DNA of 64,000 nucleotides from an uncultured Bacteroidales bacterium (GCA_963650805.1 CAVJMG010000004.1:44155-108154), one strand, 5' to 3'; positions 8,929 to 18,257 are shown, counted from the stretch's first letter. Notes: generated by a model from the sequence alone, not told the origin. Numbers and translations: made by a program.

Positions 8929-10287
8929 TTAAACATTATATAGACTACGGATATCGACGCATTCATAGTCGCAATCCTCGTAACCGGAGGTGGCGACAAA
9001 CGCGTATTCGACTTTGAAGGTGGTTTTTATTTTTCTTATTTGCTCGACTTCCTTTTCCATTTCTTTGACGGTTAATTTGTTTTTGTAATATTTCGTTTCC
9101 ACGAGTTTCAATCGGTCTTTGAATTCCAATGCGACGTCAAACTCGCCATTGGTTTTATTTTTCGGGTCATCGTAATAATAACTCCCGATATTTCTTATGC
9201 CCGGGAGTTTCCCTTTTACGCTCAAAATGGAGTAGTAGTTCCTCACAATCTCCTCGAATCTGTGGGATATGAAAGCAACTATTGAATCCTTGATATATGC
9301 TTCATAGAAACTATCCGCCCCAAGAGAAACGATTAATGAGTTCCTCCCGTATACGTATGTGTAAAAAAACCTCAACACGTTGTCGTTAATCTCGTAATAA
9401 GCCTTTTTACCATCGTCGCATTTATTCATGGGGTAAGCTTTCTTAAGCAGCTTGATCGCCACTAAAGACTTCAGTGATTTGGCGATTTTTCCGGTTTTTT
9501 CCAAATCAATGTGGCCTTCTATCTCGGAATATCTTTTTTTGCCGTTCCCGATGAAGGCTACGATTTTCTTTGCCTGCAAAGCGTTTACCGCATCGGAAAT
9601 AAGCAATGAATCCGCGTAATTGTACACAGGGCTATGCTCGTCTAGAAACAGCTTTTTTATGTTGCTCTCAAGCGAAGCGCCCTTATCAATGAACGAATTT
9701 ATGTAGGGGCTTCCTCCGAAAATGGAGTAGAAAGCGATTTTGTCCATTATCGATTTACCGTCATAGAAAGAAGCGGATTCTATGTAATTCAATTCCTCGA
9801 TATACATCTTTTTGGCGAATCTGCCGAACAAGGGGTTTCCTTCAATCAGCAATTCGTCCATCATGCTGATTTCTGATCCGCAGATGATGAAATTTAAGTT
9901 TTCGGAATAGTTATCGAAAATGTCTTGGAAAACGCTGTCGACCGTTTCGGGGCGGTTCATTTTCTTCAAATAGGGGTATTCGTCGAAGACAATTGTGAAT
10001 TTGACATTCAAACTATTCATGTATTCGAACGCCTGCTGAAAAGATTCAAAGGAAACGTATGCCGGTATGGTTATTGTCTTAAGCAACACCATCCGAAAAA
10101 GCTTTAAGTTCTCGGCAAGGGTATCTTGAACGCATTCAAAATATACGCAGTTCTTTTCCCCTGCGATGGCCTTTTTTATCAAGGCGGTTTTGCCAACCCT
10201 TCTTTTTCCGTATACCACTATTTTCTTGGACGTGCCCTTCAACTCGCTTTTTATTTCGCTTATGTCTTTCTCCCTATGGACGAACAT
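8929..10287 (-). CDS. AAA+ ATPase of the archaeal-type ATPase family with a C-terminal winged-helix (PF01637 + DUF234-like architecture).
   Basis: Walker A GKRRVGKT. Walker B-like IVFDEYPYL. Family-typical blocks FGGSPY and YYEINDNVLRFFYTYVYG. Start moved to the second ATG (MFVHREKD), which has a GGAGG 7 nt upstream. The track start is 10299. Confidence 0.7.
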   Translation of the reverse strand: MFVHREKDISEIKSELKGTSKKIVVYGKRRVGKTALIKKAIAGEKNCVYFECVQDTLAENLKLFRMVLLKTITIPAYVSFESFQQAFEYMNSLNVKFTIVFDEYPYLKKMNRPETVDSVFQDIFDNYSENLNFIICGSEISMMDELLIEGNPLFGRFAKKMYIEELNYIESASFYDGKSIMDKIAFYSIFGGSPYINSFIDKGASLESNIKKLFLDEHSPVYNYADSLLISDAVNALQAKKIVAFIGNGKKRYSEIEGHIDLEKTGKIAKSLKSLVAIKLLKKAYPMNKCDDGKKAYYEINDNVLRFFYTYVYGRNSLIVSLGADSFYEAYIKDSIVAFISHRFEEIVRNYYSILSVKGKLPGIRNIGSYYYDDPKNKTNGEFDVALEFKDRLKLVETKYYKNKLTVKEMEKEVEQIRKIKTTFKVEYAFVATSGYEDCDYECVDIRSLYNV

Positions 10288-10303
10288 AAATACCTCCATT
10301 TAC

Positions 10304-10336
10304 ACTGAAAAAAGTTCAGTGAAATATTATTCAGTG
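10304..10336 (-). promoter_or_regulatory. Three CACTGAA/TTCAGTG half-sites (one inverted pair plus one direct) immediately upstream of the ATPase start. Candidate operator.
   Basis: TACACTGAAaaaagTTCAGTGaaatattaTTCAGTG. The same CACTGAA core recurs in the repeat array at 25867-25950. Confidence 0.3.
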
Positions 10337-10544
10337 TTTTTTTTAATGGAAATTCGATCTTTATCAAGATTGTTATAAGAAGCCGATTCGGCCGATGGGC
10401 GAAGTTCCGCTACAAAGCTTTTTTCCTAGCGTAGAAGAATTCAGCGGCAAACGAAAAACACGTTATTGAAATTGTGCGTTGCTAAAAACCAAACGATTGC
10501 GCGGCTTTTGAAGTCCTATTTCCAAAAATAATGCAAAAGTGGCG

Positions 10545-11891
10545 TTATTGCAGCAAGGATTGAAGGAGATCGAATTCGCTCCCGTTGATGGATTCGGGAT
10601 CTAAAGCGAGCCTCTTCGTGGTCATTTTCTTTATCGCGGAGAAGTAGTACTGGCTGTTGGCCATGTAAGCCCCGCCCAATAAAGTTCCATTTTGCTGCAA
10701 CCCCGAGAACAAGATTCGGAATCGGACTTCGTGGGCATCGTAGAGGTTGACGTATTTAAGGAGAAGGCTTCTATATTCTTCGCCAAGGGCGACGATGGGC
10801 CCCTCGATGATGATTCCTTCTAAATCGAGAAGGTCGGCATAACCGATGAGCGCGATGGCGTTATATCTTGCGCTTTCGTCGATTCGCTTTAAGGCGATGG
10901 GGTCTTTTTCGCCTTGCCACTTCTTGATTTCTTCGATCCCTCCCCTTTGAGGCTGCAAGCCTTTGTCTTTTGCGATGCTTTCATAGAGGCGGTGAACGGA
11001 ATAAAGCTTGTTTTGACGAGAGGATTTGCCGATTTCGTCGATGGGATTGAAAATGGAGACCTCCCCGCTATAGCCGTTCGTTCCCGTGAATAGTTTTCCA
11101 TTGAGGAATAGGGCTAAACCCGAGCTTGAGCCTATATGGGCGTAAAGGAAGTTCTGCATGGAAGCGGCGGTGGGGTTAAAGGCCCTTTCGGCCAACGCGC
11201 TTACCTTGACGTCGTTATATAGCTTGGTGGGGACGTTATAGAGGTTTGAAAAATAGGTTCTTGGATTGATCTTTGAGTAGCCTTTGATACGGTAAGCGGT
11301 CGCGTAATCCCCAGTATAGGAATTGATCATGCCTGGGGTGGCGATGGAAATTTCGAGCAATTTCCTCCCTTGGACCTCTTTTTGGGATAGCAGAGAGGAT
11401 AGCATCGCGGCTAGTTGCTTGAAGTGCTCCTCTTCGACGAAACTCACGTTGGGAATGGAAGAGTGACAGAGCATGCGATCTTTCAAATCGAATATCGCTA
11501 CGGTCAAGTCGCTGGAAGAAAGGTCGATGGAAGCCGAGACGCCGGCATCCTCGTTTATGCCCACCATGATGGGGGCCCTTCCCTTCCCCGCCTTTTTAGC
11601 ATCCTGCTTTTTGGCAATTAGCACCCCGTTTTCCACAAGCTCACTGACGATGGCGTTAGTCGCCACAAAAGAGAGGCCGAGCTCCTCGGCGATGTAAGAA
11701 ATGGACAAAGCTTCGCTTTTTCGGAGCAAGGAAATAATCAGGGCCTGGTTTTCGATGCGCAGGCTGTTGCGGTTATTGATGTCTTTCTTGGGGGCCATAG
11801 TTTGGGCGGTGCTTCGTTTACGCTTGTTTATTTTACGCTTTCTAAAACCGCTTTGCGAATTCACCGAAATTGGTTTCTTCTCTTCTTGCAA
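10545..11891 (-). CDS. ROK-family transcriptional regulator (N-terminal HTH plus sugar-kinase-like domain; no Zn Cys motif).
   Basis: HTH region NQALIISLLRKSEALSISYIAEELGLSFVATNAIVSELVENGVLI. ROK/actin-fold blocks ISIATPGMIN and GYSGEVS. The track start is a TTG. An internal ATG at 11798 (MAPKKDIN) is a more conventional start. Neither has a good RBS. Confidence 0.7.
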   Translation of the reverse strand: MQEEKKPISVNSQSGFRKRKINKRKRSTAQTMAPKKDINNRNSLRIENQALIISLLRKSEALSISYIAEELGLSFVATNAIVSELVENGVLIAKKQDAKKAGKGRAPIMVGINEDAGVSASIDLSSSDLTVAIFDLKDRMLCHSSIPNVSFVEEEHFKQLAAMLSSLLSQKEVQGRKLLEISIATPGMINSYTGDYATAYRIKGYSKINPRTYFSNLYNVPTKLYNDVKVSALAERAFNPTAASMQNFLYAHIGSSSGLALFLNGKLFTGTNGYSGEVSIFNPIDEIGKSSRQNKLYSVHRLYESIAKDKGLQPQRGGIEEIKKWQGEKDPIALKRIDESARYNAIALIGYADLLDLEGIIIEGPIVALGEEYRSLLLKYVNLYDAHEVRFRILFSGLQQNGTLLGGAYMANSQYYFSAIKKMTTKRLALDPESINGSEFDLLQSLLQ

Positions 11892-12102
11892 TTAAGGTTG
11901 GACCATAACTTGAACGCCTTTGACCGCGCCGCTGCCCATTTCCCTAAAAGCGCTTACCGTAAAATTTCTTAATTTGCCATCTTCCTAGAAATTCGTTTTG
12001 ACGATAGACTTGTGTCCCGGAGCAAGTTAAAGATGATGCTAACCGGGATAAGAAACGCATCCGTTTGCAAAGGGCGTATCTTCTCTTCCCGTCGTTGGTT
12101 TT

Positions 12103-12127
12103 GAGGCCTTTGGGCCTTATTTTTTTG
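12103..12127 (+). terminator. Attenuator-like hairpin GAGGCC-TTTG-GGCCTT plus T8 inside the ~260-nt leader of the NCS2 permease gene.
   Basis: Stem plus U-run about 30 nt before the RBS caggaaaggaagg. Preceded by a second hairpin TCCCGG-N23-CCGGGA. Confidence 0.4.
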
Positions 12128-12157
12128 CCTTGCTGCCAGGAAAGGAAGGTTCCCAAT

Positions 12158-13666
12158 ATGTTTGGAAACAAAAAAGGCGCCTCTGCTGAGACGCTGACCC
12201 CCCACCCCAACGGAATGCTGTTAGAGGTTGATGAAGCCCCTAAGAAGCCAGGAAAATGGATCATCCTGGCTATCCAGCACGTCTTGGCCATGTTCGTGGC
12301 CTGCATCACGGTCCCGATGATCGTCTTCTCCGGAACGACTGTCAACCTCAATGGGGCTGACGTCAGCCTCGCCGCCATCATGATCGCCCCGACTTTGTTC
12401 TCGGCGGGCATCGGCACGATGTTCTACCTCTTCGCCACGAAATTCAAATCTCCGATGTTCTTGGCTTCTTCGTTTGCTTACATGAGCGCGATGAGCCTCG
12501 CCATCAGAATCGACGCCGTCGATGCGGGCCAGGTTAACCTCTGGATTCTTCCCGTCGGCATGGCCATGGTCGGCGCCGTCTACTGCTTGGTCGCTTTGCT
12601 CATCAAGCTCTTCGGCGTCAATTGGCTCAATAAACTGCTTCCGACTATCGTCGTTGGACCCGTCATCATCGTCATCGGGCTTTCCCTCGCCGGAAGCGCG
12701 GTCAGCAATTTGACCACCGGTGCCGCGGTTGGCAATTACAATTGGTGCGCTATCCTCTCGGGACTTGTGGCCATGGTGGTCACCGCCCTCTGCGCCCATT
12801 ATGGCAAAGGCACGGTTTCCCTTATCCCCTTCGTCCTCGGCATGGCCAGCGGTTATGTCGTTGCCGCCTTGTTCACCTTGATTGGTTACTATGGATGCGG
12901 GGCTGAATATTGCCACGTCATCGACTTCGATCCGCTCATCTCCTTATTCGCCACCAAAACCGCCGATGGAGGATACGTTGCCTCCGTTAGCGTCACGTCC
13001 TTCCTCGATTATCCGAAATTCCTATTCCTCGCAGCCCAAAGCAGCAACGTCGTTCCTTTAAGTGGAACCGCCGTTGGCCAAGCTGCCCTCATCTTCATCC
13101 CCGTTTCTCTTGTCACCATCTGCGAGCATATCGGCGACCACAAGAACATGTCCGGCCTTCTCCAAAGGGATTTGCTTGAGAAGCCCGGCTTGACCCGCAC
13201 CCTCATCGGCGATGGCGTCGCCACGGCTATCTCCGGCGTCTTCTGCGGTGCCGCCAATACGACTTACGGCGAAAACGTCGCGGTCGTCGGCGTCACCAAA
13301 ATCGCCTCCACCAAAGTCATCCTCATGGCTTGCATCTTCTCGATGCTTCTTGGCTTCTTCAGCCCCTTGATGGCCTTGACTCAAACCATCCCCGCCTGCG
13401 TCACCGGCGGCGTCTCCCTCATCCTCTATGGCTTCATCGCTTCTTCCGGCGTCAAGATGCTCATCAACGAGAAGATCGACATGAGCAAGACGAAGAACAT
13501 CTTCGTCGCCTCCGTCATCCTCGTCGCCGGCATCGGCGGCCTTGCCTTCGAATTCGCCTTTGGCGATGTTGCCATGTCCATCACCTCCGTCTCGGTTGCG
13601 ATGATCCTCGGCATCTTGATGAACCTCATCCTCCGCGAAAAGCCCTCTGCTGAAAAAGCTCAGTAA
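12158..13666 (+). CDS. NCS2-family nucleobase:cation symporter (xanthine/uracil permease type).
   Basis: IQHVLAMFVACITVP near the N-terminus (NCS2 signature region). About 12 TM helices. Start taken at MFGNKKG (ATG 12158, RBS aggaagg). The track start at 12065 adds 31 implausible residues. Confidence 0.8.
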   Translation: MFGNKKGASAETLTPHPNGMLLEVDEAPKKPGKWIILAIQHVLAMFVACITVPMIVFSGTTVNLNGADVSLAAIMIAPTLFSAGIGTMFYLFATKFKSPMFLASSFAYMSAMSLAIRIDAVDAGQVNLWILPVGMAMVGAVYCLVALLIKLFGVNWLNKLLPTIVVGPVIIVIGLSLAGSAVSNLTTGAAVGNYNWCAILSGLVAMVVTALCAHYGKGTVSLIPFVLGMASGYVVAALFTLIGYYGCGAEYCHVIDFDPLISLFATKTADGGYVASVSVTSFLDYPKFLFLAAQSSNVVPLSGTAVGQAALIFIPVSLVTICEHIGDHKNMSGLLQRDLLEKPGLTRTLIGDGVATAISGVFCGAANTTYGENVAVVGVTKIASTKVILMACIFSMLLGFFSPLMALTQTIPACVTGGVSLILYGFIASSGVKMLINEKIDMSKTKNIFVASVILVAGIGGLAFEFAFGDVAMSITSVSVAMILGILMNLILREKPSAEKAQ

Positions 13667-13683
13667 GAAATCATGAATAAAAA

Positions 13684-13713
13684 GGCGCTCAGGCCGTCTG
13701 GGCGTCTTTTTTG
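13684..13713. terminator. Bidirectional intrinsic terminator between convergent genes.
   Basis: AGGCGCTCAG-gccgt-CTGGGCGTCT followed by TTTTTTG, and preceded by an A-run. Confidence 0.6.
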
Positions 13714-13760
13714 TTCTTTGCTTTAGCCCTCCGCTTGATGATTGCTTATGCTGCCCGTCT

Positions 13761-14909
13761 TTATTTTGCTTTGTAATTCGACAGACCTTGAACGGATTTG
13801 ACGAGGATACTTAAAACGATAAGGAAGAGTAAGCACAAATAGCAGGGCCAAGAATAGAAGAAGGAAAACCCGGCAATGCTTTTGAAAATCGCCATGAACA
13901 CATGGGATATCCCGACAATCGTTATTGCGGATGAAAATAGAGGTAAAGAAGACGACGCTAGCGAGGAGACTAAGAAATCTCTTCTTTTAAAACCGATTAT
14001 TTTCAAGGTTTCGCATTCGCTTTTGTCGTCTTTTGAACGGACGAAGTCTTTCACCAAAAGGGAAATTAGAATTGTGATTGAGACGATTATCGCTAACGCC
14101 AGCAATAGAACGTAGACGGCGCGCATTGGAGGATAAAACCGTGCATAGGCGAGTCCTGGATAGATGAAGGACGTCATCGATTTTGAGATAACGCCATCGA
14201 TGTAGCCGCTTTTGGCGGCGTAATACAGGATATCCCGGTCGCTCATCTGGCCTTTGAGGTGATAAGAGAGGTAGACGCTAAAGGGTTTGTAAGTCACTTC
14301 TTTTGGGAGATTGTTTTCCGATAACGCAAAAATCGCGTCCGCTTTCTTTAGTGGGCTGAAGGGGAACTCGACATCGCTATTTTTCTTTAGGTATATATTC
14401 CTCACTTTGCTTTGACTGCAGGAAAGAGATTTGCAGAAATTGGTTTCCTCGATATTTTTAAGAGCCACCGAACTTTGGTATAGGATCAAGGCTTCTCCTT
14501 GCTCTGGGATATGTGATGAAGAGGCCGGATAAAAACCTAAGCAAGTCAAGTCGAAGCCTTCTGGGCCGACTAAAACATAAACGTTTCTCTCGCCTTCGAT
14601 TTGTGCTAAGCAGGAGCGAATGGTCTTGTCGGCGTTGCGTTCAACTCTGTCTAGATCCTTTCCCTCATACGAATTGAAGAAGGAGAGCAATTCATCGCCA
14701 TTTAGGCCGCCATTTGATTCTGCGGAATAAACGAATGTGGCCTCCTCACTCGGGAGATAAGAATCCTTATGTTCATAATAAGGGCGGAAAAAAGCCCCTA
14801 GAGAAAAGGCGAAGACAATCAATGAGCATGAACCGAGCCCATTTAGAAAATAGCTCCTTCTCTGGGCTTTTTTGGATAAGAAGTAGTGGAGCCCAATCTT
14901 ATTTTTCAT
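13761..14909 (-). CDS. FtsX/MacB-family ABC permease (TM1, a ~230-aa extracytoplasmic domain, then three C-terminal TM helices).
   Basis: N-terminal TM FLNGLGSCSLIVFAFSLGAFF. C-terminal FtsX-like block LKIIGFKRRDFLVSSL plus three TM helices. Confidence 0.65.
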   Translation of the reverse strand: MKNKIGLHYFLSKKAQRRSYFLNGLGSCSLIVFAFSLGAFFRPYYEHKDSYLPSEEATFVYSAESNGGLNGDELLSFFNSYEGKDLDRVERNADKTIRSCLAQIEGERNVYVLVGPEGFDLTCLGFYPASSSHIPEQGEALILYQSSVALKNIEETNFCKSLSCSQSKVRNIYLKKNSDVEFPFSPLKKADAIFALSENNLPKEVTYKPFSVYLSYHLKGQMSDRDILYYAAKSGYIDGVISKSMTSFIYPGLAYARFYPPMRAVYVLLLALAIIVSITILISLLVKDFVRSKDDKSECETLKIIGFKRRDFLVSSLASSSLPLFSSAITIVGISHVFMAIFKSIAGFSFFYSWPCYLCLLFLIVLSILVKSVQGLSNYKAK

Positions 14910-15556
14910 CAGCGGACAACGCCCCCATTATTCATGAAATAAACTTCGTCGAATTGACTGAGGATTTCTCTATCGTGGCAGGCGCACAAAATCATTTTCC
15001 CTGACTCTTGCGCCTCTTTCTTTAGGATGCGCATGGTTTTTAAGGCTAATTCGTGGTCAAGGTGGCTCGTCGGTTCGTCCGCGATTATTGCTGCTTTGTC
15101 AAGCATTACGGCCCTAGCGACGGCGACCCTTTGTTTTTCTCCAGAGGAGAGAGATTCGCAATTTTCATTGAGAAGGTCGCTAAGCTCTAGCTCCTTGATA
15201 ATTTCCTCGAAGCGTTTGGCATCAAAAGAGATTTTTTGAAGTTCTAAAGGAAAGAGGATGTTTTCTTTTACGCTCAAAGCGGATAAAAGGTTTGCCTCCG
15301 GCGGAATATAGGAGAAATTGGCAAGCCTAAAGGTCTCTTTTTTGCCTTTGCTGAAACCAGAGTAAGCAACGCCGTTTAAGCTTATCTGCCCCTCATCGGC
15401 TTCAAGCAAACCCAAAACGGTTTTTAGAAGCGTGGTTTTCCCCGAGCCAGATTGTCCGAAGATTCCTATTACTTTGCCGCTGCATATTGAAAGGGTGAGG
15501 CCGTTTAAGATTTGCCTTCCTCCGAAAGTTTTGGACACGTTTTCTATATTCAGCAT
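14909..15556 (-). CDS. ABC transporter ATP-binding protein, LolD/MacB-type.
   Basis: Walker A GQSGSGKTT. Signature LSSGEKQRVAVARA. Walker B IIADEPTSHLD. H-loop CACHD. Confidence 0.85.
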   Translation of the reverse strand: MLNIENVSKTFGGRQILNGLTLSICSGKVIGIFGQSGSGKTTLLKTVLGLLEADEGQISLNGVAYSGFSKGKKETFRLANFSYIPPEANLLSALSVKENILFPLELQKISFDAKRFEEIIKELELSDLLNENCESLSSGEKQRVAVARAVMLDKAAIIADEPTSHLDHELALKTMRILKKEAQESGKMILCACHDREILSQFDEVYFMNNGGVVR

Positions 15557-16356
15557 TTTTTCCGCCTTTCGATATTGTTAAAAGCGCGCCTTGATTGATG
15601 GGCTGCGTTAAAGCAAAGGCATAGGAGCACGTAAAGGAACATCGTTAGTTCCCCTAATAGCAAAGAAGGGACGAACCCATTCAAAAGCGATGCCATCAAA
15701 GGGAAAAATAGAATGAACGAGACAAGGAACGCTACGCATATTTCCATTAGGCTTCTTAAGAACAATATCGCAAAGCATTGGCTGCTTTTAGCGCCGATTA
15801 GACGCAAAGAGTAGATTTCCGAGTAGGATTTTCGCTCAAGCAAAGCGACGATTCCGAAAACCGCGCAAATCTCGAATAAGAGGGGAAGTAGGGTTCCAAC
15901 GTAAAAAGCCAACGGTATCTCTTTTCTCCCCAAGGCATAGGCGTCATTGAGCTCTTTGCCCGAGCGAAACGCGCTCATATCAAGGGATTCGCCATGCCCA
16001 TAAATCGCTGAGTGGCCGGAGTTTTTAACAGGCTCTTCTTCATCGATGAAGGCAACGACGCCATACCAGGAAAATCCCATGGAATTCAATTTTTCTTCCA
16101 ACGGTTCGTTTCTAAGGAGATTGCCCTCGCCGATAAGAGAATAATTCGCTTTCTCTACAGGAGAGTAAAGCGATTCGAGGTTATCCGCGTTGTAGGCGAT
16201 GGAAAAAGCCTTTGGACTAGACTCTGGCAAAGTGAATTTTGCCTCAGGCAATAAAAAGACATTCGAGGATATGACGAATCCCAGAGGGCGTTCCACGCAC
16301 GCTTTCGTCGCTTTGAGCTTATAGACGATGCCCCCATTAGCCTCAATCGTCGACAC
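15550..16356 (-). CDS. FtsX-like permease fragment: extracytoplasmic domain plus three C-terminal TM helices, no TM1. GTG start. Possibly a gene remnant.
   Basis: C-terminal block SLRLIGAKSSQCFAILFL plus three TM helices. 58 sense codons in frame upstream of the GTG with no start codon, running back to a TAA at about 16515. Confidence 0.45.
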   Translation of the reverse strand: MSTIEANGGIVYKLKATKACVERPLGFVISSNVFLLPEAKFTLPESSPKAFSIAYNADNLESLYSPVEKANYSLIGEGNLLRNEPLEEKLNSMGFSWYGVVAFIDEEEPVKNSGHSAIYGHGESLDMSAFRSGKELNDAYALGRKEIPLAFYVGTLLPLLFEICAVFGIVALLERKSYSEIYSLRLIGAKSSQCFAILFLRSLMEICVAFLVSFILFFPLMASLLNGFVPSLLLGELTMFLYVLLCLCFNAAHQSRRAFNNIERRKKC

Positions 16357-16543
16357 ATCCCAAGTGACGCCTTGATCTTGCAGGGGTATGCCGTCTTTCA
16401 GGCCGCTATTGGCAATCGTGCTGTAAAAGCAGTCGTTAGAATAGCCGGGGGAAACAAAGAAGATGGATTTCGCCGCCGAAGCGCTGAGCCAAAGGTGTTC
16501 TTGATGTTGTTTTTGCCTGACTTAAGCAAATAGGAGGAAAAAT

Positions 16544-17341
16544 TCATTCGCATCTCAAATAAAGGGCCGATGACATCGGCTGATTGGGCTTCTTTATGCA
16601 GTAGGTTAAATATGTGGTTTCAGGATCGAAAATCAAAATGGTGTTGCTGACATCGGTAAGCTCTTTGGTCCGAACCGGATAATCACCCCACCACCAGTGA
16701 TCGTAATAAGTGTAATTGTAGGAGATGATTAAGGCGTTTGAGATGACGCAAGGGGAAACGACATAACCGCTGGGGACTTTGCTAAAATCGAATGTGTATG
16801 TTCTTTCAACGGTTTTTTGCTCCCCGAAGGAATAGGAGTAGCCAATCGTGGTGGAGGAGGATTGCGTTGAAGAGAAGCTTCCTTCTACGGTTCCGTACCC
16901 TTTAACCCCGAAAGAAGCGGAAAGTCTGTTTGAGGTTTCTCTGCCCTCTGATTTTTCAAAGGAAAACGAATGCTCCTCCGACCAAGTCGTTCTTAAGGTC
17001 AGGGTGTAGTTGGAGACGGCCCCGGAATCGATGAAAACGGAATCGCAAGCAAGAATATAACCGCCGGTTTCTATTTTGTATTCGATGCAGGAAGTAACGC
17101 TCCATTTGATAAATTGGCTGATTTTGGCCGAACTTCTTCCGGCGTCAACCGTGTATTCTGTGTTGAGCTTGTGAACATTGCCATCGGAATCGGCGCCAAA
17201 ACTATCGCGCTCAATCGCTTTTGGAGACACAAAACAATCGGGAATTGCGTTTTCTGCATATCCTGCAGAACATAAGAAATAAAGCCAAAAAGGTGATGAA
17301 AGGCAAAGAAGAAGTTTCTTTTTCATCGACGACTTTATCAT
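16544..17341 (-). CDS. Secreted 265-aa beta-rich protein with an N-terminal signal peptide. Function unknown (candidate beta-pore-forming-toxin-like or the orphaned extracellular domain of an FtsX-type permease).
   Basis: N-terminus MIKSSMKKKLLLCLSSPFWLYFLCSAGYA. Ser/Thr-rich alternating stretch SASFGVKGYGTVEGSFSSTQSSSTTIGYSYSF. WWWGDY motif. Confidence 0.5.
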   Translation of the reverse strand: MIKSSMKKKLLLCLSSPFWLYFLCSAGYAENAIPDCFVSPKAIERDSFGADSDGNVHKLNTEYTVDAGRSSAKISQFIKWSVTSCIEYKIETGGYILACDSVFIDSGAVSNYTLTLRTTWSEEHSFSFEKSEGRETSNRLSASFGVKGYGTVEGSFSSTQSSSTTIGYSYSFGEQKTVERTYTFDFSKVPSGYVVSPCVISNALIISYNYTYYDHWWWGDYPVRTKELTDVSNTILIFDPETTYLTYCIKKPNQPMSSALYLRCE

Positions 17342-17687
17342 AAACGATACGCACTATAGGATTCTTGACTTTAGGTGTCAACGCAATCGCGATACGCTCT
17401 AAAAAATCAAGTCCATTCCGTTAGGTGACAAAGTAATCGCGAACCCCGCTTGGGCGGGGATGGGCCGGGGCCGAGATCCGAGAATTTGCCGGGCTTGCCA
17501 CTTTTCGGCTACGCCTATCTCCCGTGTTTCGTTTGCCCCAGAGAACGGAGCGAGCGAAATTGACTTTCGGCAATCATGTCATTCGTGGTTGCCATAGTGC
17601 AATTACAAAACATAAATTCTAACTGTCGAGTATAATCGACAAACGTTGAGTTTCTATGTCAGTCAGTTCCCTACGTTTGTTGGGGGG

Positions 17688-17720
17688 TCTTAAAGAAAAC
17701 CCTCGGGCTTGTCCGAGGGT
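17688..17720 (-). terminator. Intrinsic terminator of the nitroreductase gene.
   Basis: CCCTCGG-gcttgt-CCGAGGG. On the minus strand the stem is followed by TTTTCTTT. Confidence 0.6.
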
Positions 17721-17726
17721 CAATTC

Positions 17727-18257
17727 TTATAGGTGGAAGACTCTTCCTTCCCCGCTTTTGAAGTGGGTCACGAATTTGCTTTCGTCCGGGTAGCCTAGGA
17801 TGAGGTTTCCTATGCCTTCATATTCCCCTTCGACACCCGCTTGCTTGAGGATGGCTTTTCCTTCTTCGGTGGAGAAGACTTCCTTTGCCCTATGGATCCA
17901 GCAAGACGCGACGCCTAGGGAATCGGCCTCAAGCATCATATACGCCATGGCGATGGAGCCATCATAGACCTTGGTTGACGTCTCAGCCGCAGCAAGGACG
18001 ACAATCACGGATTTCGCTCCATAGAAAGGATCCCCGTTGGGATTGCCCATGATCGCGGCGTTTAGATGGGAAAGCCTCTTTATCACAGCTTCGTCTTCGA
18101 CGTCGAGGAAGATGGTTTTCTGCCTATTCATCCCGGTAGGGGCGTAAACGCCAGCTTCGATGATTTTTTCGACTTTCTCTTTTTCGACTTTCTTGTCGGT
18201 ATAGGCTCTGCAAGAGCGCCTTGCTTTGACCGCGTTTAGAATCGCATCCTGTTCCAT
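17727..18257 (-). CDS. Nitroreductase-family NAD(P)H-flavin oxidoreductase.
   Basis: RRSCRAY motif near the N-terminus. About 176 aa, typical size. Confidence 0.85.
   Translation of the reverse strand: MEQDAILNAVKARRSCRAYTDKKVEKEKVEKIIEAGVYAPTGMNRQKTIFLDVEDEAVIKRLSHLNAAIMGNPNGDPFYGAKSVIVVLAAAETSTKVYDGSIAMAYMMLEADSLGVASCWIHRAKEVFSTEEGKAILKQAGVEGEYEGIGNLILGYPDESKFVTHFKSGEGRVFHL

Noticed and set aside
11892-12157. Purine or PyrR riboswitch upstream of the NCS2 permease
   Set aside because: Searched for the invariant J2/3 UUUCUAC and the CCGUAAAU/CCUUAAA loop on the plus strand, and for the PyrR loop UCCNGNGAGG. None is present. Only the generic hairpin-plus-U-run remains (reported separately as unknown).
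12221-12916. 231-aa ORF on the minus strand (D/G/E/R-rich)
   Set aside because: Lies entirely antisense within the well-supported NCS2 permease gene. Its low-complexity composition is the mirror of a GC-rich membrane-protein gene. Spurious.
16357-16546. Idea that the 265-aa secreted protein and the downstream FtsX-like ORF are one gene split by a single frameshift
   Set aside because: Frame analysis shows the upstream ORF ends in a true TGA and the FtsX frame has its own TAA 28 nt later. Fusing them needs at least two lesions. Kept only as a low-probability remnant hypothesis.
17440-17560. GC-rich segment considered as SRP RNA, RNase P RNA, tmRNA or a c-di-GMP riboswitch
   Set aside because: None of the signature motifs were found on either strand (GGAAGCAGCC for SRP, GAAAGUCCGGGC for RNase P P4, tmRNA tag or TpsiC ends, GEMM tetraloop-receptor). 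Left unassigned.
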